From positions 39,198 to 103,197 of the forward strand of contig CAZHOS010000001.1 in the NCBI GenBank assembly GCA_964534605.1: a stretch of 64,000 bases of DNA. The letters run 5' to 3'. The notes under the pieces were generated by a model. It saw only the letters and a program-made list of their open reading frames with translations. It searched no databases and was not told the DNA's origin. Positions 49,424 to 59,926 of the stretch are shown here, piece by piece (position 1 is the first letter of the stretch; every line of letters begins with the position of its first letter). The stretch is from an uncultured Candidatus Saccharibacteria bacterium. Its GTDB lineage: Bacteria; Patescibacteriota; Saccharimonadia; Saccharimonadales; VXPC01. Position numbers and translations under genes: made by a program.

Positions 49424-49827
49424 TACAAGGCTCCTAAGTCTTTTAGGGCACGGTGGAAGGCACTGAGGGCTGCTTTGGCCTGCCTTTTGCTAACCTTTAC
49501 GTCAGATTCATGGGCGATCTTGTTGCGCAGCTTATGGGCCATCCAAACATGGTCTCGCTTGCTAAACACTTTTTTGGCGCTCACCATGCGCTCGCCCATA
49601 GTCGCCCCTTTGAACTTTGATTCTTTAAGGGCTTTGTCTACTAGTTTGTCAGCCTCTAGCACAGCTAAGCTAAGGGTATCGTCAGAATTTAGATAGGTTT
49701 GGACTTTGCGCCATCGCTCGCGGTAGACCTCTACCTTTAATTTACTGCTCTTGCGGCTAAATAGCGACACAAAGCTCAGTACAGCTATACCAAAAACTGC
49801 CACAGCGATAAGTAAGGTTATTGACAT
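49423..49827 (-). CDS. Membrane-anchored protein with a HEPN-like RxxxxH motif
   Basis: N-terminal TM; AVLEADKLVD...AHKLRNKIAHE; overlaps both gatA and gatB. Confidence 0.7.
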   Translation of the reverse strand: MSITLLIAVAVFGIAVLSFVSLFSRKSSKLKVEVYRERWRKVQTYLNSDDTLSLAVLEADKLVDKALKESKFKGATMGERMVSAKKVFSKRDHVWMAHKLRNKIAHESDVKVSKRQAKAALSAFHRALKDLGAL

Positions 49828-51224
49828 AAATCCTCCTCTATTTGAGCGGCGGCCGACAGAACCAGGCCGTCCTTACGCTGCTCGCTAATAATCTGTAGGC
49901 CTACTGGCATCGTTTTAGATTTAAGTGGAATACTAATTGCCGGCATGCCTGTTAAGTTAGCACCAACTGTCATGATGTCTGTCTGATACATTTTGACCGG
50001 ATCGTCTACCCTGCCGCCTATGTCAAAAGCACTAGTTGGACTTGTTGGCCCGATCAAAATATCGACACCCTCTAGTGCTGTTTCGTACTCACGGATCAAG
50101 CGAGTACGTAGGCGCTGGGCTTTTTTGTAGTATGCATCGAAGTAACCAGAGCTCAACACGTATGTACCAATCATCAACCGTCGCTGGTTCTCGGGCATAA
50201 AACCTTTGCTGCGTGTGCCAAGATACGCTTGCTCTAAACTCCCGGCGGTTTCGTCAAGATTGCCGTAGCGGATTCCATCGTAACGGCTAAGGTTACTGCT
50301 AACTTCTGCCGGCACCAGCACGTAGTAGCACGGTAGCGACAAAGCACTACTAGGGATAGAAATCTCTGTAATCGTGTGGCCCGCGGCCTTTAGGACCTTA
50401 ATAGATGCGTCGAAAGCGTCCGCGACGTCTTTGTCTAGCCCCTGTGTGTATTCCTTTATAACGCCGATTTTGAGGTTTTTAGCATCAGTAATCTGGCAAA
50501 TTATCTGGGAAGAATCCAGCGTTGTACCGTCGAGTGGGTCTCTCCCCCTTAGAATCTCCATTAGATAGCTGGCATCAGTTGCGCTGCTACTGATTGGACC
50601 TATACAGTCGGTGCTGCTAGCCATGGCTACTACACCGTAACGAGATACTAATCCATATGTAGGCTTGTAGCCTACGACACCGCAAAAGCTGGCCGGCTGA
50701 CGAATAGACCCGCCTGTGTCCGAGCCTAGAGCAAAGGGTACGATACCAGCCGCCACTGCAGCCGCAGAGCCACCGCTACTCCCGCCGGGCACCTTGGTAG
50801 TGTTGTGAGGGTTCTTGGTAGGTCCATAAAAGCTGTTCTCGGTACTGCCGCCGTGAGCAAAGGCGTCCAAATTAACCTTGCCTATAAGGATGGCATCTTC
50901 ATCAAGAACCTTCTGTAGACTTGTGGCCGTAATTGGCGAGGAGAAGTTGCTGAGGATATCGGCTGCAGCTGTTGTCTTGCCATATGCATAGAGGAAGTTG
51001 TCCTTAGCCGCAAAAGGTACACCAGCCAACTTACCTAACTTGTCACCTTTAGCAACACGAGCATCAATGTTTTTGGCCTGTTCTAACGCCTGCTCTTTGA
51101 ATATTTCTAGAAAAATATTGAGCTCTATTGACTTTGCAGCCTTGTCTAACGCGTCTTGCACCAGAGCCACACTGCTAGTGTGACCTCCACGAACGTCGTC
51201 TGCTAGTTGCTTGATAGACTTCAT
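49818..51224 (-). CDS. gatA: Asp/Glu-tRNA amidotransferase subunit A
   Basis: Amidase signature GGSSGGSAAAVA, GSDTGGSIRQPA, SSNLSRYDG. Confidence 0.98.
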   Translation of the reverse strand: MKSIKQLADDVRGGHTSSVALVQDALDKAAKSIELNIFLEIFKEQALEQAKNIDARVAKGDKLGKLAGVPFAAKDNFLYAYGKTTAAADILSNFSSPITATSLQKVLDEDAILIGKVNLDAFAHGGSTENSFYGPTKNPHNTTKVPGGSSGGSAAAVAAGIVPFALGSDTGGSIRQPASFCGVVGYKPTYGLVSRYGVVAMASSTDCIGPISSSATDASYLMEILRGRDPLDGTTLDSSQIICQITDAKNLKIGVIKEYTQGLDKDVADAFDASIKVLKAAGHTITEISIPSSALSLPCYYVLVPAEVSSNLSRYDGIRYGNLDETAGSLEQAYLGTRSKGFMPENQRRLMIGTYVLSSGYFDAYYKKAQRLRTRLIREYETALEGVDILIGPTSPTSAFDIGGRVDDPVKMYQTDIMTVGANLTGMPAISIPLKSKTMPVGLQIISEQRKDGLVLSAAAQIEEDLCQ

Positions 51225-51517
51225 TACCCCAAGACCCTCTTTACCTTGTACTGGTTGTTCTGGGAATCTTTGGCTAGCGCTACAAGATCTGCAGCTTCGG
51301 CAGCTTGCTGTGTAACTTCGTCTGGGCGCGCAACGTTAGTCAGGCCTGTTACTTGCTCTGTTGGTTCGTACTCGTCGACATCCGCTGCCTGCAGCTGGTC
51401 TATTAGCCCCATAATGGACTCCATCTCGCTGCGGAACGCATCGATCTGGTCATTGGTCAGTTGCAGTTTAGCAAGCGATGCTAGCTTTTTTACTTCTTCT
51501 GCTGTTATTTTTGTCAT
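51224..51517 (-). CDS. gatC: Asp/Glu-tRNA amidotransferase subunit C
   Basis: ITAEEVKKLASLAKL, NVARPDE; position before gatA. Confidence 0.93.
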   Translation of the reverse strand: MTKITAEEVKKLASLAKLQLTNDQIDAFRSEMESIMGLIDQLQAADVDEYEPTEQVTGLTNVARPDEVTQQAAEAADLVALAKDSQNNQYKVKRVLG

Positions 51518-51552
51518 ACTTATGTGTAATTATACACGTAACTGAGACTCTG

Positions 51553-53526
51553 CTAGTCAATTTTTGATCTTAATTGATCTATTTGGTCGCGAAGGTCGGC
51601 AGCTTTCTCGAACTCTAGGTTGGCAGCATGTAAGTGCATTTGGCTCTCTAGCTGCTTAATAAGCTTGGGTATCTCGTCTTCTGGAATGCTTTTAATGTCT
51701 TTTTGGAAAGCCTTGCGGGCTTTGTCGTCTTTGCTCTCGCCCTTTGGCATGGCACTCTCGATTGCGCGCTTAATGCTCTCTGGCGTTATACCGTTATCTT
51801 TGTTGTGTTGCTCCTGGATAGTGCGGCGGCGCTCGGTTTCGCCTATTGCGCGCTCCATGCTGCCGGTTATCTTGTCCGCATACATCAGCACACGGCCTTC
51901 CTGGTGACGGGCTGCACGGCCAATAGTTTGCACTAGCGCCTGTTCGCTACGCAGGAAACCCTCTTTGTCGGCGTCCAGGATAGCAACCAGACTTACCTCC
52001 GGCAGATCGAGACCCTCGCGGAGCAAGTTAATGCCAATAAGTACGTCGTACACACCTAGTCGCAGATCACGTAGGATATCACTACGCTCTAGCGTGTCGA
52101 CATCGCTGTGCAGATATTGGACTTTTATATCTAGCTCTTGCAGGTATTCGCTAAGATCCTCTGACATACGCTTGGTAAGTGTCGTAACCAATACGCGCTG
52201 GCCATTATCTATAGTGGTGCGGATCTCGGCAATCAGATCGTCTATCTGGCCGTCTATTGGACGAACCTCGATCTTGGGATCCAGCAGTCCAGTTGGGCGG
52301 ATAATCTGCTGGGCCGGTTCGGGACTGCGCTGGAGCTCGTAGTCAGCTGGCGTAGCCGAGACGTATACAACCTGGTTTACGTGCTTTTGAAATTCGTCAA
52401 AATTAAGCGGACGGTTATCCAAGGCGCTTGGCAAGCGGAAGCCATGGTCGACAAGCACCTGTTTACGTGCTCTGTCGCCGTTATACATACCGCGCAGCTG
52501 CGGTATGGTCATGTGGCTCTCGTCGATAAACATTAAGAAGTCGTCTGGGAAGTAATCTATCAGCGTGGCAGGCTGCTCGCCCTCCTCGCGGTTGGTAAGG
52601 TAGCGCGAGTAATTCTCGATGCCCTTCACGAAGCCTGTCTCTTGCAGCATTTCTAGGTCGAAGTTTGTGCGCTGCGTAAGGCGCTGCGACTCCAGGATCA
52701 TATTCTGGGCTTCGAACCACTGAGATCTGTGGGCTAGCTCGTTTTCTATCATGGGGATAGCCGCCTTGAGCTTGTCGTAAGGCGTTACGTAGTGTGATCC
52801 TGGAAAAATAGTTAGATCATCTAGCTTGGCCTCGATCTCGCCGGTAAGTGGATTGATGCGCACAATACGCTCGATCTCGTAGCCGAAGAACTCTATACGG
52901 TAGGCGACCTCCTCACTGGCCGGGTAAACATCGACGACGTCGCCCTTTACGCGGAAGACTCCACGGGCAAAGTCAATGTCGTTACGTTGATACTGAATAT
53001 CTGTTAGGTGGCGGATAAATTTGTCGCGTATTTTGCGCTCGCCTACCTTTAGCTTAATGCTAAGCCCTTCGTAGTCCTCGACCGAACCTATACCGTAAAT
53101 ACAACTTACGCTGGCAACTATCAGCACGTCTTTGCGGGATAACAATGCGTCGGTGGCAGCGTGGCGTAGGCGCTGGATCTCTTCGTTAATGTCGCTGTCT
53201 TTTTCGATATATGTATCCGACCTGGCGACATAGGCCTCTGGTTGGTAATAGTCAAAGTAGCTAACAAAGTAGTGCACAGCGTTGTTTGGGAAGAAAGCTT
53301 TAAACTCGTTATACAGTTGGGCCGCCAATGTCTTGTTATGTACCAGCACCAGCGTGGGTTTCTGCACCTGTTGCACGACGTTGGCGATCGAAAATGTCTT
53401 ACCTGTGCCAGTTGCACCTAACAGTACCTGCTCTTTTAGGCCGTTATTGATACCATGCACCATCTGCTTAATGGCCGATGGCTGATCACCTGCAGGCTTA
53501 TAGCCACTTGTTAACTCGAACTTCAT
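51553..53526 (-). CDS. uvrB: Excinuclease ABC subunit B
   Basis: [31 protein letters not shown]-terminal UVR domain. Confidence 0.99.
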   Translation of the reverse strand: MKFELTSGYKPAGDQPSAIKQMVHGINNGLKEQVLLGATGTGKTFSIANVVQQVQKPTLVLVHNKTLAAQLYNEFKAFFPNNAVHYFVSYFDYYQPEAYVARSDTYIEKDSDINEEIQRLRHAATDALLSRKDVLIVASVSCIYGIGSVEDYEGLSIKLKVGERKIRDKFIRHLTDIQYQRNDIDFARGVFRVKGDVVDVYPASEEVAYRIEFFGYEIERIVRINPLTGEIEAKLDDLTIFPGSHYVTPYDKLKAAIPMIENELAHRSQWFEAQNMILESQRLTQRTNFDLEMLQETGFVKGIENYSRYLTNREEGEQPATLIDYFPDDFLMFIDESHMTIPQLRGMYNGDRARKQVLVDHGFRLPSALDNRPLNFDEFQKHVNQVVYVSATPADYELQRSPEPAQQIIRPTGLLDPKIEVRPIDGQIDDLIAEIRTTIDNGQRVLVTTLTKRMSEDLSEYLQELDIKVQYLHSDVDTLERSDILRDLRLGVYDVLIGINLLREGLDLPEVSLVAILDADKEGFLRSEQALVQTIGRAARHQEGRVLMYADKITGSMERAIGETERRRTIQEQHNKDNGITPESIKRAIESAMPKGESKDDKARKAFQKDIKSIPEDEIPKLIKQLESQMHLHAANLEFEKAADLRDQIDQLRSKID

Positions 53527-53562
53527 AAGACTATTCTAACAGCCTTTGTATGCTCGGAGGTG

Positions 53563-54192
53563 TTAACCAGATCTCTTGGTAGTTTGTTGGGCGCCGCAGA
53601 CGAGGCTCTGGAAGGCTTCGTCGTGCTTGCGTAGTTCTTCGTCGCTGACATCCTTGTACTCTTCATCGCAGAGTGCGATAACTTTACGGACCAGCTCTAC
53701 TGGGTCGTTGTCGAATACGACGCGCGTGCCGCTAGGCTCGTCCAGCTTTTCTAGGAGTTCTGGCACTAAGTCGGCTGTACCGCCAGAGCCCAGGAGGATA
53801 CCGCAAGGTTTGCGGGCCTCTAGCGCCGTCGTGAACTCGTGCAAGCTACCGAAGCGTCCGCCGATAGTAATAACCGCGTCACTGCTTTGCACCAGGTACA
53901 CATCGCGGCCAACGTAAGCCATGCCGGTGTAGTTAATATAATCAAACACGTCAGTCGGCAAGCGGTACTTGCGCACATGTTCGCGCAAGCTAGATGCAGG
54001 GCTAAAGCCAATACTCTGCCCACCAGCATCTACTGCACCTCGTGCACCAAAGAACGGTAGGCCGACGGTTGCGCCGGTAGTAGTTACATGCCCTGCCTTA
54101 GCGATCTCCTGCCCGATTATATAGGCTTCTGAGCAAGATCGATCAACGCTCGCGCCGCTAGCTGCACCGCTAATACAAATACTATATTTCAT
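53563..54192 (-). CDS. LOG/SLOG-family Rossmann-fold protein
   Basis: TTGATVG, SIGFSP, GGRFGSLHE motifs. Confidence 0.85.
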   Translation of the reverse strand: MKYSICISGAASGASVDRSCSEAYIIGQEIAKAGHVTTTGATVGLPFFGARGAVDAGGQSIGFSPASSLREHVRKYRLPTDVFDYINYTGMAYVGRDVYLVQSSDAVITIGGRFGSLHEFTTALEARKPCGILLGSGGTADLVPELLEKLDEPSGTRVVFDNDPVELVRKVIALCDEEYKDVSDEELRKHDEAFQSLVCGAQQTTKRSG

Positions 54193-54896
54193 TAAATCAA
54201 CTCCATCGTAAACAACATTTCTTCTGCAAGCATCCTCCTACTTTCGTCCACAACAGTTCCGTCGGGAAGTTGTTTTGACAAAAATGCTCGTGACTCCTGG
54301 CCACTATCGTGGCTAACGATAAATAGGAAATGAGGGTAATCAAAGCCTTCAGGAGGTTGATCTAGGTCATCTCCTGTAGTGCTAAAGACTCTTACGTTAG
54401 TTCCGTTGGCTCCAGCGCTAATCAAGTCGACCTCTACATAACCTTCTAGCTCTTCTATCGTAGGTCGAAGCCCTTCATCCTTACCGGGCTCATGCATAAT
54501 AAACTCAAAGAACCCCCCTATACCCCCAGGACCTTCAACCACCTGAGCTGCAACACCTTCTTCATACACCAAAGGCGTGTCATCACCACATAGACTGGAT
54601 GCCAGAGTTCCCGTACTTTCTGTGTGGCATAAAGTCCACCCATCTGGGATTCTTACACTATAAAAATCATTCTCATGCAAAAGCCACGTATCAGTTATTC
54701 TTGCTAATGCAGCCTCTCCCTCCTGGTTTGATGAACTTTCGCCTACTTGACTAGATGCTGCTGTAGGATTTTGCTCTGTCTGACTATCGTCTGATCGATT
54801 TATTGCCAAAAAACCTAAAATAGAAATGATAGCAATCAGGCCAACTACAAATACCAGTTCAACCGTACTGAAGCCTTTTTTGTTTATTGATACCAT
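54192..54896 (-). CDS. Pilin-like protein (class III signal peptide)
   Basis: KKG/FSTVELVFVVGLIAII prepilin cleavage motif. Confidence 0.75.
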   Translation of the reverse strand: MVSINKKGFSTVELVFVVGLIAIISILGFLAINRSDDSQTEQNPTAASSQVGESSSNQEGEAALARITDTWLLHENDFYSVRIPDGWTLCHTESTGTLASSLCGDDTPLVYEEGVAAQVVEGPGGIGGFFEFIMHEPGKDEGLRPTIEELEGYVEVDLISAGANGTNVRVFSTTGDDLDQPPEGFDYPHFLFIVSHDSGQESRAFLSKQLPDGTVVDESRRMLAEEMLFTMELI

Positions 54897-54911
54897 TTAC
54901 TGTGTTTTCCT

Positions 54912-56150
54912 TTAATCCTTAGTCAGTTTTTCTGGAGCTATGAGGTCGTTATCTAATTGCTTGAGGATCTGGTCCTCTAGAATATCTTGGCCCATGTAGC
55001 GCATAAAGACTTCGTTCCAGAGTGCCTCGCGGAAATGGTAGATCTCGCGCTTGGAATACGGCGTTTTATTCGTAAAGCTAGCAGCAACGTCCATCATATT
55101 AAGTACAACTGGGCGCTTGCCATGCATTACTCCGACATAATCCATGTCTTCCCAAAATTTTAGCTCTGGAGCTATTTGGTAAAGCACGCTTTCGGCGTGG
55201 CGCCAATGCAGGTCCTCTGGTTGGACGTGTGGCTGGAAGACTTCAGGATGATACTCATTCTCTAGCTTGCCGAAATAGCGCTGTATAACTCGCCAGTGGA
55301 CTTTATTGCCAGCCATAATTGCAGCGTCTGAGGGATCGGCAAGCAGTGTGTTTACAAATATCTCGCCAAAGTTTGGCTTGACCTGCTGCATTTTAAAGAA
55401 TGTGCTGTAGAGGCGTACTTCGTTAAGGTAATGGAAGAGGAGTGATAGCGCCCACAGCGTAATGCCTGGCAGGTGGTCTTTCTTGACTGGCAGCATAATA
55501 ATGCAGCCCATCTCTTTGCTATGGGTGATGTTGTGCTTCTTTTTCTTGACGAAACCTTCGGCCATGTCTGCCCAACGATCGGGCATAACAACAATTTCGA
55601 TCTTACGCGTTTCGAAGTCCGAGGGCTTAAGAGTCTTGTACTTCTCATTAAAAGCGTCTAGCCAGTCGCCGCCTTCGGAAAAGCGTAATGCACCAAATAG
55701 CTCAAAGATGTTCTCTTTCTTAAGCATACTGTCAACACTGCGGTAACCAAGCAACTTCATCATGCTCGGTGGTGGAGTATCGCGCAGGAACTTCTTGGCA
55801 ACGCTCTTCTTCATAACCCAACAGTCACGCGGTACGTCGACGGCCTCTTCTGCGGCCTTGATCTTTGGTATTAGCTGGCTTACGGTGTCCTTGTGTGTGC
55901 CGCCGATGGTCTTAAGCAATATATCGTTATGCTCGCTAATCTTGGCAATTAGAGCCTCGTAGAGCTCCTTGCCAGTCGTGTCGTCTGGATCGAGGCCCAG
56001 CTCTTCGAGCTTCATGCGCACTTTGCCCATTATCTCAGCTGTTAGTCGTACATCTACACTGGGGTTACCACTCGTTTTTTCTAGCTGCCTAAGGCTGATA
56101 GAAAATAGTGGTTCTTCTGCAGCCAGCAGATCTGATATAAGTTTACTCAT
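54912..56150 (-). CDS. Hypothetical protein
   Basis: 412-aa ORF with host-like codon style and extended -10 TGgTAAACT just upstream. Confidence 0.85.
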   Translation of the reverse strand: MSKLISDLLAAEEPLFSISLRQLEKTSGNPSVDVRLTAEIMGKVRMKLEELGLDPDDTTGKELYEALIAKISEHNDILLKTIGGTHKDTVSQLIPKIKAAEEAVDVPRDCWVMKKSVAKKFLRDTPPPSMMKLLGYRSVDSMLKKENIFELFGALRFSEGGDWLDAFNEKYKTLKPSDFETRKIEIVVMPDRWADMAEGFVKKKKHNITHSKEMGCIIMLPVKKDHLPGITLWALSLLFHYLNEVRLYSTFFKMQQVKPNFGEIFVNTLLADPSDAAIMAGNKVHWRVIQRYFGKLENEYHPEVFQPHVQPEDLHWRHAESVLYQIAPELKFWEDMDYVGVMHGKRPVVLNMMDVAASFTNKTPYSKREIYHFREALWNEVFMRYMGQDILEDQILKQLDNDLIAPEKLTKD

Positions 56151-56187
56151 TAAATAAAGTTTACCATAAGCGCTTAGAAATTTTGGC

Positions 56188-57153
56188 TTAAATATCGGAT
56201 ATTTCTATCGGCATGTCATGGAGCTCGGCATCTGCTTGCAGAATACCTGGCTTGGCGCCAATATGACCAACGACGCTCGTACTATTTGCACTAGCAAATG
56301 TTATGCACTCGGGGATAGATTTGCCTTGGGCGAACATAGCCGTAAATCCGCTACCAAAGGCATCGCCAGCGCCGGTTCTGTCCACTACTGGAACGTCTTC
56401 GTACATGCCTGCTACATATAGTTTTTGCCCGTCGCACACCGCCACACCGTTGGGGCCGTCACTAACTATAGCTACAACGTTGGCGTCCTTAGCGGCATTT
56501 ATTGCTAGTTCTTCCTTAGTCTTGCCGTCGAACAACAAGGCCGTCTCTTCCTTATTAAGCGCTAGCAGGTCTACCTTGTCGATTAGCGGCCGCAGCTTTT
56601 TGGTGTCCTGCAAGTCTAGTGTGCCTGGGTTGAAGGCCATGCAGATCTCTTGCTGGGCAGCATGCTCGATGACCTTGCTGGTTAGATCGAACGTGCCGAT
56701 GGATGACAGGTAAAGCCAGTCGCAGTCTAGGTGCGTGAAGAAATCTGGATGGCCCATATCTGCCTCTGTCTCGCCCTTTACTCGCAAGATCGTTCGCTCT
56801 CCGTTCGGTGCTAGCAGGATGACAGAGTAGCCAGTGCGCAGGCTCTTCATTACGGATGTATAAGTCGTGTCGATGTGCTCGCGCGCGAAAAGATCCATAA
56901 CGGCCAAGCCGACTGGATCATCACCAACAGCACCTACAAAGCTGCTATGCAGCCCTTGCCGGGCAAAAGTTACAGAAGCGTTACTGGCGTTACCGCCCGT
57001 GCTGAAGGTTGCGCCCTCTAGATAAAGCTTGTCGCCTAGGTGCAGCTCTATAAAATGATCACCATGCTCGTTAACTGGGGTTAGGATGTCGCCCTCAAGA
57101 AACACGTCTTGTGTAGCGGCACCTACTGATAGGATATGTATGTCTTTGTTCAT
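56188..57153 (-). CDS. PfkB-family carbohydrate kinase
   Basis: GGNASNAS, VGDDPVG, DRTGAGDAFGSG; promoter TTGTAC-17-TATTAT at 57160-57188. Confidence 0.93.
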   Translation of the reverse strand: MNKDIHILSVGAATQDVFLEGDILTPVNEHGDHFIELHLGDKLYLEGATFSTGGNASNASVTFARQGLHSSFVGAVGDDPVGLAVMDLFAREHIDTTYTSVMKSLRTGYSVILLAPNGERTILRVKGETEADMGHPDFFTHLDCDWLYLSSIGTFDLTSKVIEHAAQQEICMAFNPGTLDLQDTKKLRPLIDKVDLLALNKEETALLFDGKTKEELAINAAKDANVVAIVSDGPNGVAVCDGQKLYVAGMYEDVPVVDRTGAGDAFGSGFTAMFAQGKSIPECITFASANSTSVVGHIGAKPGILQADAELHDMPIEISDI

Positions 57154-57198
57154 GCCTAAATAATAAAGCTTATGGCATGTCTGTACAAACTAAATCCA

Positions 57199-57232
57199 CC
57201 AGTCAAATTTCACGATCGTGAAATTTGACTGG
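57199..57232. repeat. Perfect palindrome, copy 1 (34 bp)
   Basis: CCAGTCAAATTTCACGATCGTGAAATTTGACTGG. Confidence 0.97.
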
Positions 57233-57746
57233 TATTGAATCCTTCTATCTCTTCGGCTCTGACGTATACAATGTCACCCTTCCCGCCGTAAGCATCAACC
57301 AGAGATCTAAATTGCTGCAGGCACTCGTACTTATGTGCCCACACACTTTTTTGCAGCTGGATCATGCCTAGTAGTTTTATTTGCCGTCGAACTGCATCAC
57401 GCAGAGGTCTATTATCTTCCGGTATATCGAACATCATGATTCTCCATTTACCGTCCCATACGTCCGGCTTGGTGATGGCCTGCAGTTTAAGCTTGGCGAG
57501 TTTACGGAGTCCTTTTTTTGTTATTTCATACGACTCGTCATTTTTCTTACTTATATACCCAGACCTGTACGCACTGTCGAACTTACTATTAAGTTTAGAT
57601 CTGCTGTAGCCAACACTTGCATTTGAGTTAAACAGCCCGTCTATTAAGCTGCGACGCTTCGACTTGTCATCACTTAATTTTGATCTGACATTATCTAGTA
57701 GCTGGAGTAAGACTAACTCTCCTGTTCGTGAACTCATGAGATTCAT
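57210..57746 (-). CDS. PaaX-like protein: probable winged-helix N-domain plus Cas2-like domain
   Basis: YEITKKG wing then WDGKWRIMMFDIPE..R..RD..R..LG..QLQKSVW; probable start MNLMSS. Confidence 0.85.
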   Translation of the reverse strand: MNLMSSRTGELVLLQLLDNVRSKLSDDKSKRRSLIDGLFNSNASVGYSRSKLNSKFDSAYRSGYISKKNDESYEITKKGLRKLAKLKLQAITKPDVWDGKWRIMMFDIPEDNRPLRDAVRRQIKLLGMIQLQKSVWAHKYECLQQFRSLVDAYGGKGDIVYVRAEEIEGFNTSQISRS

Positions 57747-57786
57747 TTTACAGTCAAATTTCACGATCGTGAAATTTGACTGTAAA
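57747..57786. repeat. Perfect palindrome, copy 2 (40 bp)
   Basis: TTTACAGTCAAATTTCACGATCGTGAAATTTGACTGTAAA; 32-bp core identical to copy 1. Confidence 0.97.
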
Positions 57787-57897
57787 TATTGGTTTTGAAG
57801 ATTTTTTTGTTCTGTTTCTGATGCATATTATGTCTGAATAGTTGTATTTTTTGCAAAATTCTTGGCATAAGCTTTATCGTTTGTTACAGTGAGATTA

Positions 57898-58395
57898 ATG
57901 TCACAAAAATATAAAAATAAAGAATACCCACCTTTCAAGGCAACTATTATTGGTGCACCCGGCCAAGAACCCTTTAAAGGAAGTGAGCTGTTAGCCGCGG
58001 CAATGACCGTAGAGGGTCTAGGCATTACTCTGAGTAAACGCATGGCTAAAGTAGCCAAAGACATCGGAGGGGTTTCTTTGAGTGACGAGAGAGCATTTTT
58101 TACGATAGGACTTGGCGAAGGTGTCTCTGTTGGGGTGTTTGACGATGACTACATGGGATTAGGATGGACCGAGGTGAGCACTATGCCAGCAAGATTAAAT
58201 ATTATGTGTGAGAGATCCTATGCACATCTTTGCTGCGTGCCTACTGGCGACAACAACAGGATTACTCCTGGCAATAATGTCGGGACCCTAAAATTAATCA
58301 CTAGCGCAGTCAGGCTGCTGAGGAATAACCCAGACTACGAAGACAGGATAGATCCTAAAGAACTACTCCCATCTGTTGCTGATCGTATAGGTTAA
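57898..58395 (+). CDS. Hypothetical protein (orphan)
   Basis: ORF fills the gap opposite the sugar operon; start MSQKYK. Confidence 0.65.
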   Translation: MSQKYKNKEYPPFKATIIGAPGQEPFKGSELLAAAMTVEGLGITLSKRMAKVAKDIGGVSLSDERAFFTIGLGEGVSVGVFDDDYMGLGWTEVSTMPARLNIMCERSYAHLCCVPTGDNNRITPGNNVGTLKLITSAVRLLRNNPDYEDRIDPKELLPSVADRIG

Positions 58396-58403
58396 AATAA
58401 ATA

Positions 58404-59336
58404 TTAGACGTTTGCTTTGCCAGTTGAGTTGTAGCTCTTTAGCTTGTCCTCTACGACTGCCTGCACAGCATCCATAACTTCACCCATTAGTTTCATAACA
58501 GCAAATTGATCTGGGTTCTCTTTTAGTTGACGCTCGAGAGTAGTACGGAATGCCTTCCGCATATCGCTATTAATATTAATTTTTGTTACGCCTATCTGAA
58601 TTGCGTCCTCAAAAAAGTGTCCGGGCGTACCAGATCCGCCGTGCAGACTAATGTTAACGTCCTTGGGCAATGCTCTGCGCACTTGTTCTAGCAACTTTAG
58701 GTCCAAGACCTTGGGTACTGGGTAGCTGCCGTGTAGGTTGCCGACTGCAGCCGCGAACGTATCAATGCCTGTGGCTTTCGTAAAGTCCTTGCTACCCTTT
58801 GGTGTGCTGAATGTCTTTTTTATTTCGTCGTAGTCAAAAGCTTCTTTGTGGACATTGCTGGATCCACCAAAATAGTGTGGCTCGCTCTCGACAAGCGCAC
58901 CGGATATGACGGTAGCATAGTCTACCACCTCTTTAGTTGCAGCGACTATCTCTTTGTCGGTAATAGAGCCTGGATCGTCTTTGTGGGCCTGGGATATATC
59001 TATATGGATAAATTCATAGCCATGGTCGATAGCGGTCTTCGCAGCCTCGACAGTCGGACTGTGATCGAGATTGATATACACCTCGATCCCGTATTCTTTT
59101 TTGTAATTATCGACCATGTCACGGACATTCTCGAGGCCCAAGGCTTGAGCTTCGCCGTTGCTGATCTCTACCATGACAGGCGCTTGGAACTTCTGGGCTG
59201 CCTTACAAATTGCAATTAAGGTTTCCTGGTTGTCTATATTAAATGCCCCAACGGCGAACTTCTCGCCGCGTGCGCGCTCCATTAATTTACGGGCTGCTTG
59301 GCAGTTTTCTCGAATTTGCGTAAGTGTTAACGACAT
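58404..59336 (-). CDS. fba: Class II fructose-bisphosphate aldolase family
   Basis: AVGAFN, NLDH, AVGNLHG, LHGGSG, KININSD. Confidence 0.92.
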   Translation of the reverse strand: MSLTLTQIRENCQAARKLMERARGEKFAVGAFNIDNQETLIAICKAAQKFQAPVMVEISNGEAQALGLENVRDMVDNYKKEYGIEVYINLDHSPTVEAAKTAIDHGYEFIHIDISQAHKDDPGSITDKEIVAATKEVVDYATVISGALVESEPHYFGGSSNVHKEAFDYDEIKKTFSTPKGSKDFTKATGIDTFAAAVGNLHGSYPVPKVLDLKLLEQVRRALPKDVNISLHGGSGTPGHFFEDAIQIGVTKININSDMRKAFRTTLERQLKENPDQFAVMKLMGEVMDAVQAVVEDKLKSYNSTGKANV

Positions 59337-59422
59337 GCTCACATTATCTCATATAAACCCTGTAGGCAACAAACTTCTTACAGTTTTTACTATGCGCAGT
59401 GCATGGTATATTGATCGGTAAT

Positions 59423-59926
59423 ATGCCAGGTGTAACTAGCGGAGTAATCGATAAAATACCAGACAACTGGGATCTTGCGGCTTTTAGCGCGGAGGAGCCC
59501 TTTAGATACAGCGCTCTCTTTAGCGGGTTCAGTCTAGGCCTAGAGCTATCACATGAGTATACCTACAACACCCATCTAACAGTACCAACTTACTTGCAAA
59601 CAGATAGCTTAAAAAATAGATCAAACGGCCTTCTAGGTAAAGGTAAGGGTTTCTTCCCTGTCATAACACAAGAGTTCGATCCGGCGGTATTTCCACCTAC
59701 ATACATGAGATTCATGATACTTAATCACTCCTACAACCCTTACGTGGGTATGCATGGGCAGATGCCGCCTACCGACAATGTTCTACCCGGTACAGGCACC
59801 AAAGGCTTTACTATTGTACCGTACACAGACATAGGGAAGTTCCAGGCTGAACTAGTCGATACCTACCGTCATGCGGCTAGAGGTATACTGGATGTTCTTC
59901 TGGAGTTCTACGCCGAGGGTAACTAA
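59423..59926 (+). CDS. Hypothetical protein (orphan)
   Basis: ORF between fba and transketolase on the opposite strand; 4-nt convergent overlap. Confidence 0.6.
   Translation: MPGVTSGVIDKIPDNWDLAAFSAEEPFRYSALFSGFSLGLELSHEYTYNTHLTVPTYLQTDSLKNRSNGLLGKGKGFFPVITQEFDPAVFPPTYMRFMILNHSYNPYVGMHGQMPPTDNVLPGTGTKGFTIVPYTDIGKFQAELVDTYRHAARGILDVLLEFYAEGN

Noticed and set aside
57199-57786. CRISPR array or CRISPR-Cas locus around the Cas2-like gene
   Set aside because: Only two repeats 551 bp apart with a gene between them, no spacers, and no cas1 or effector genes in the window.
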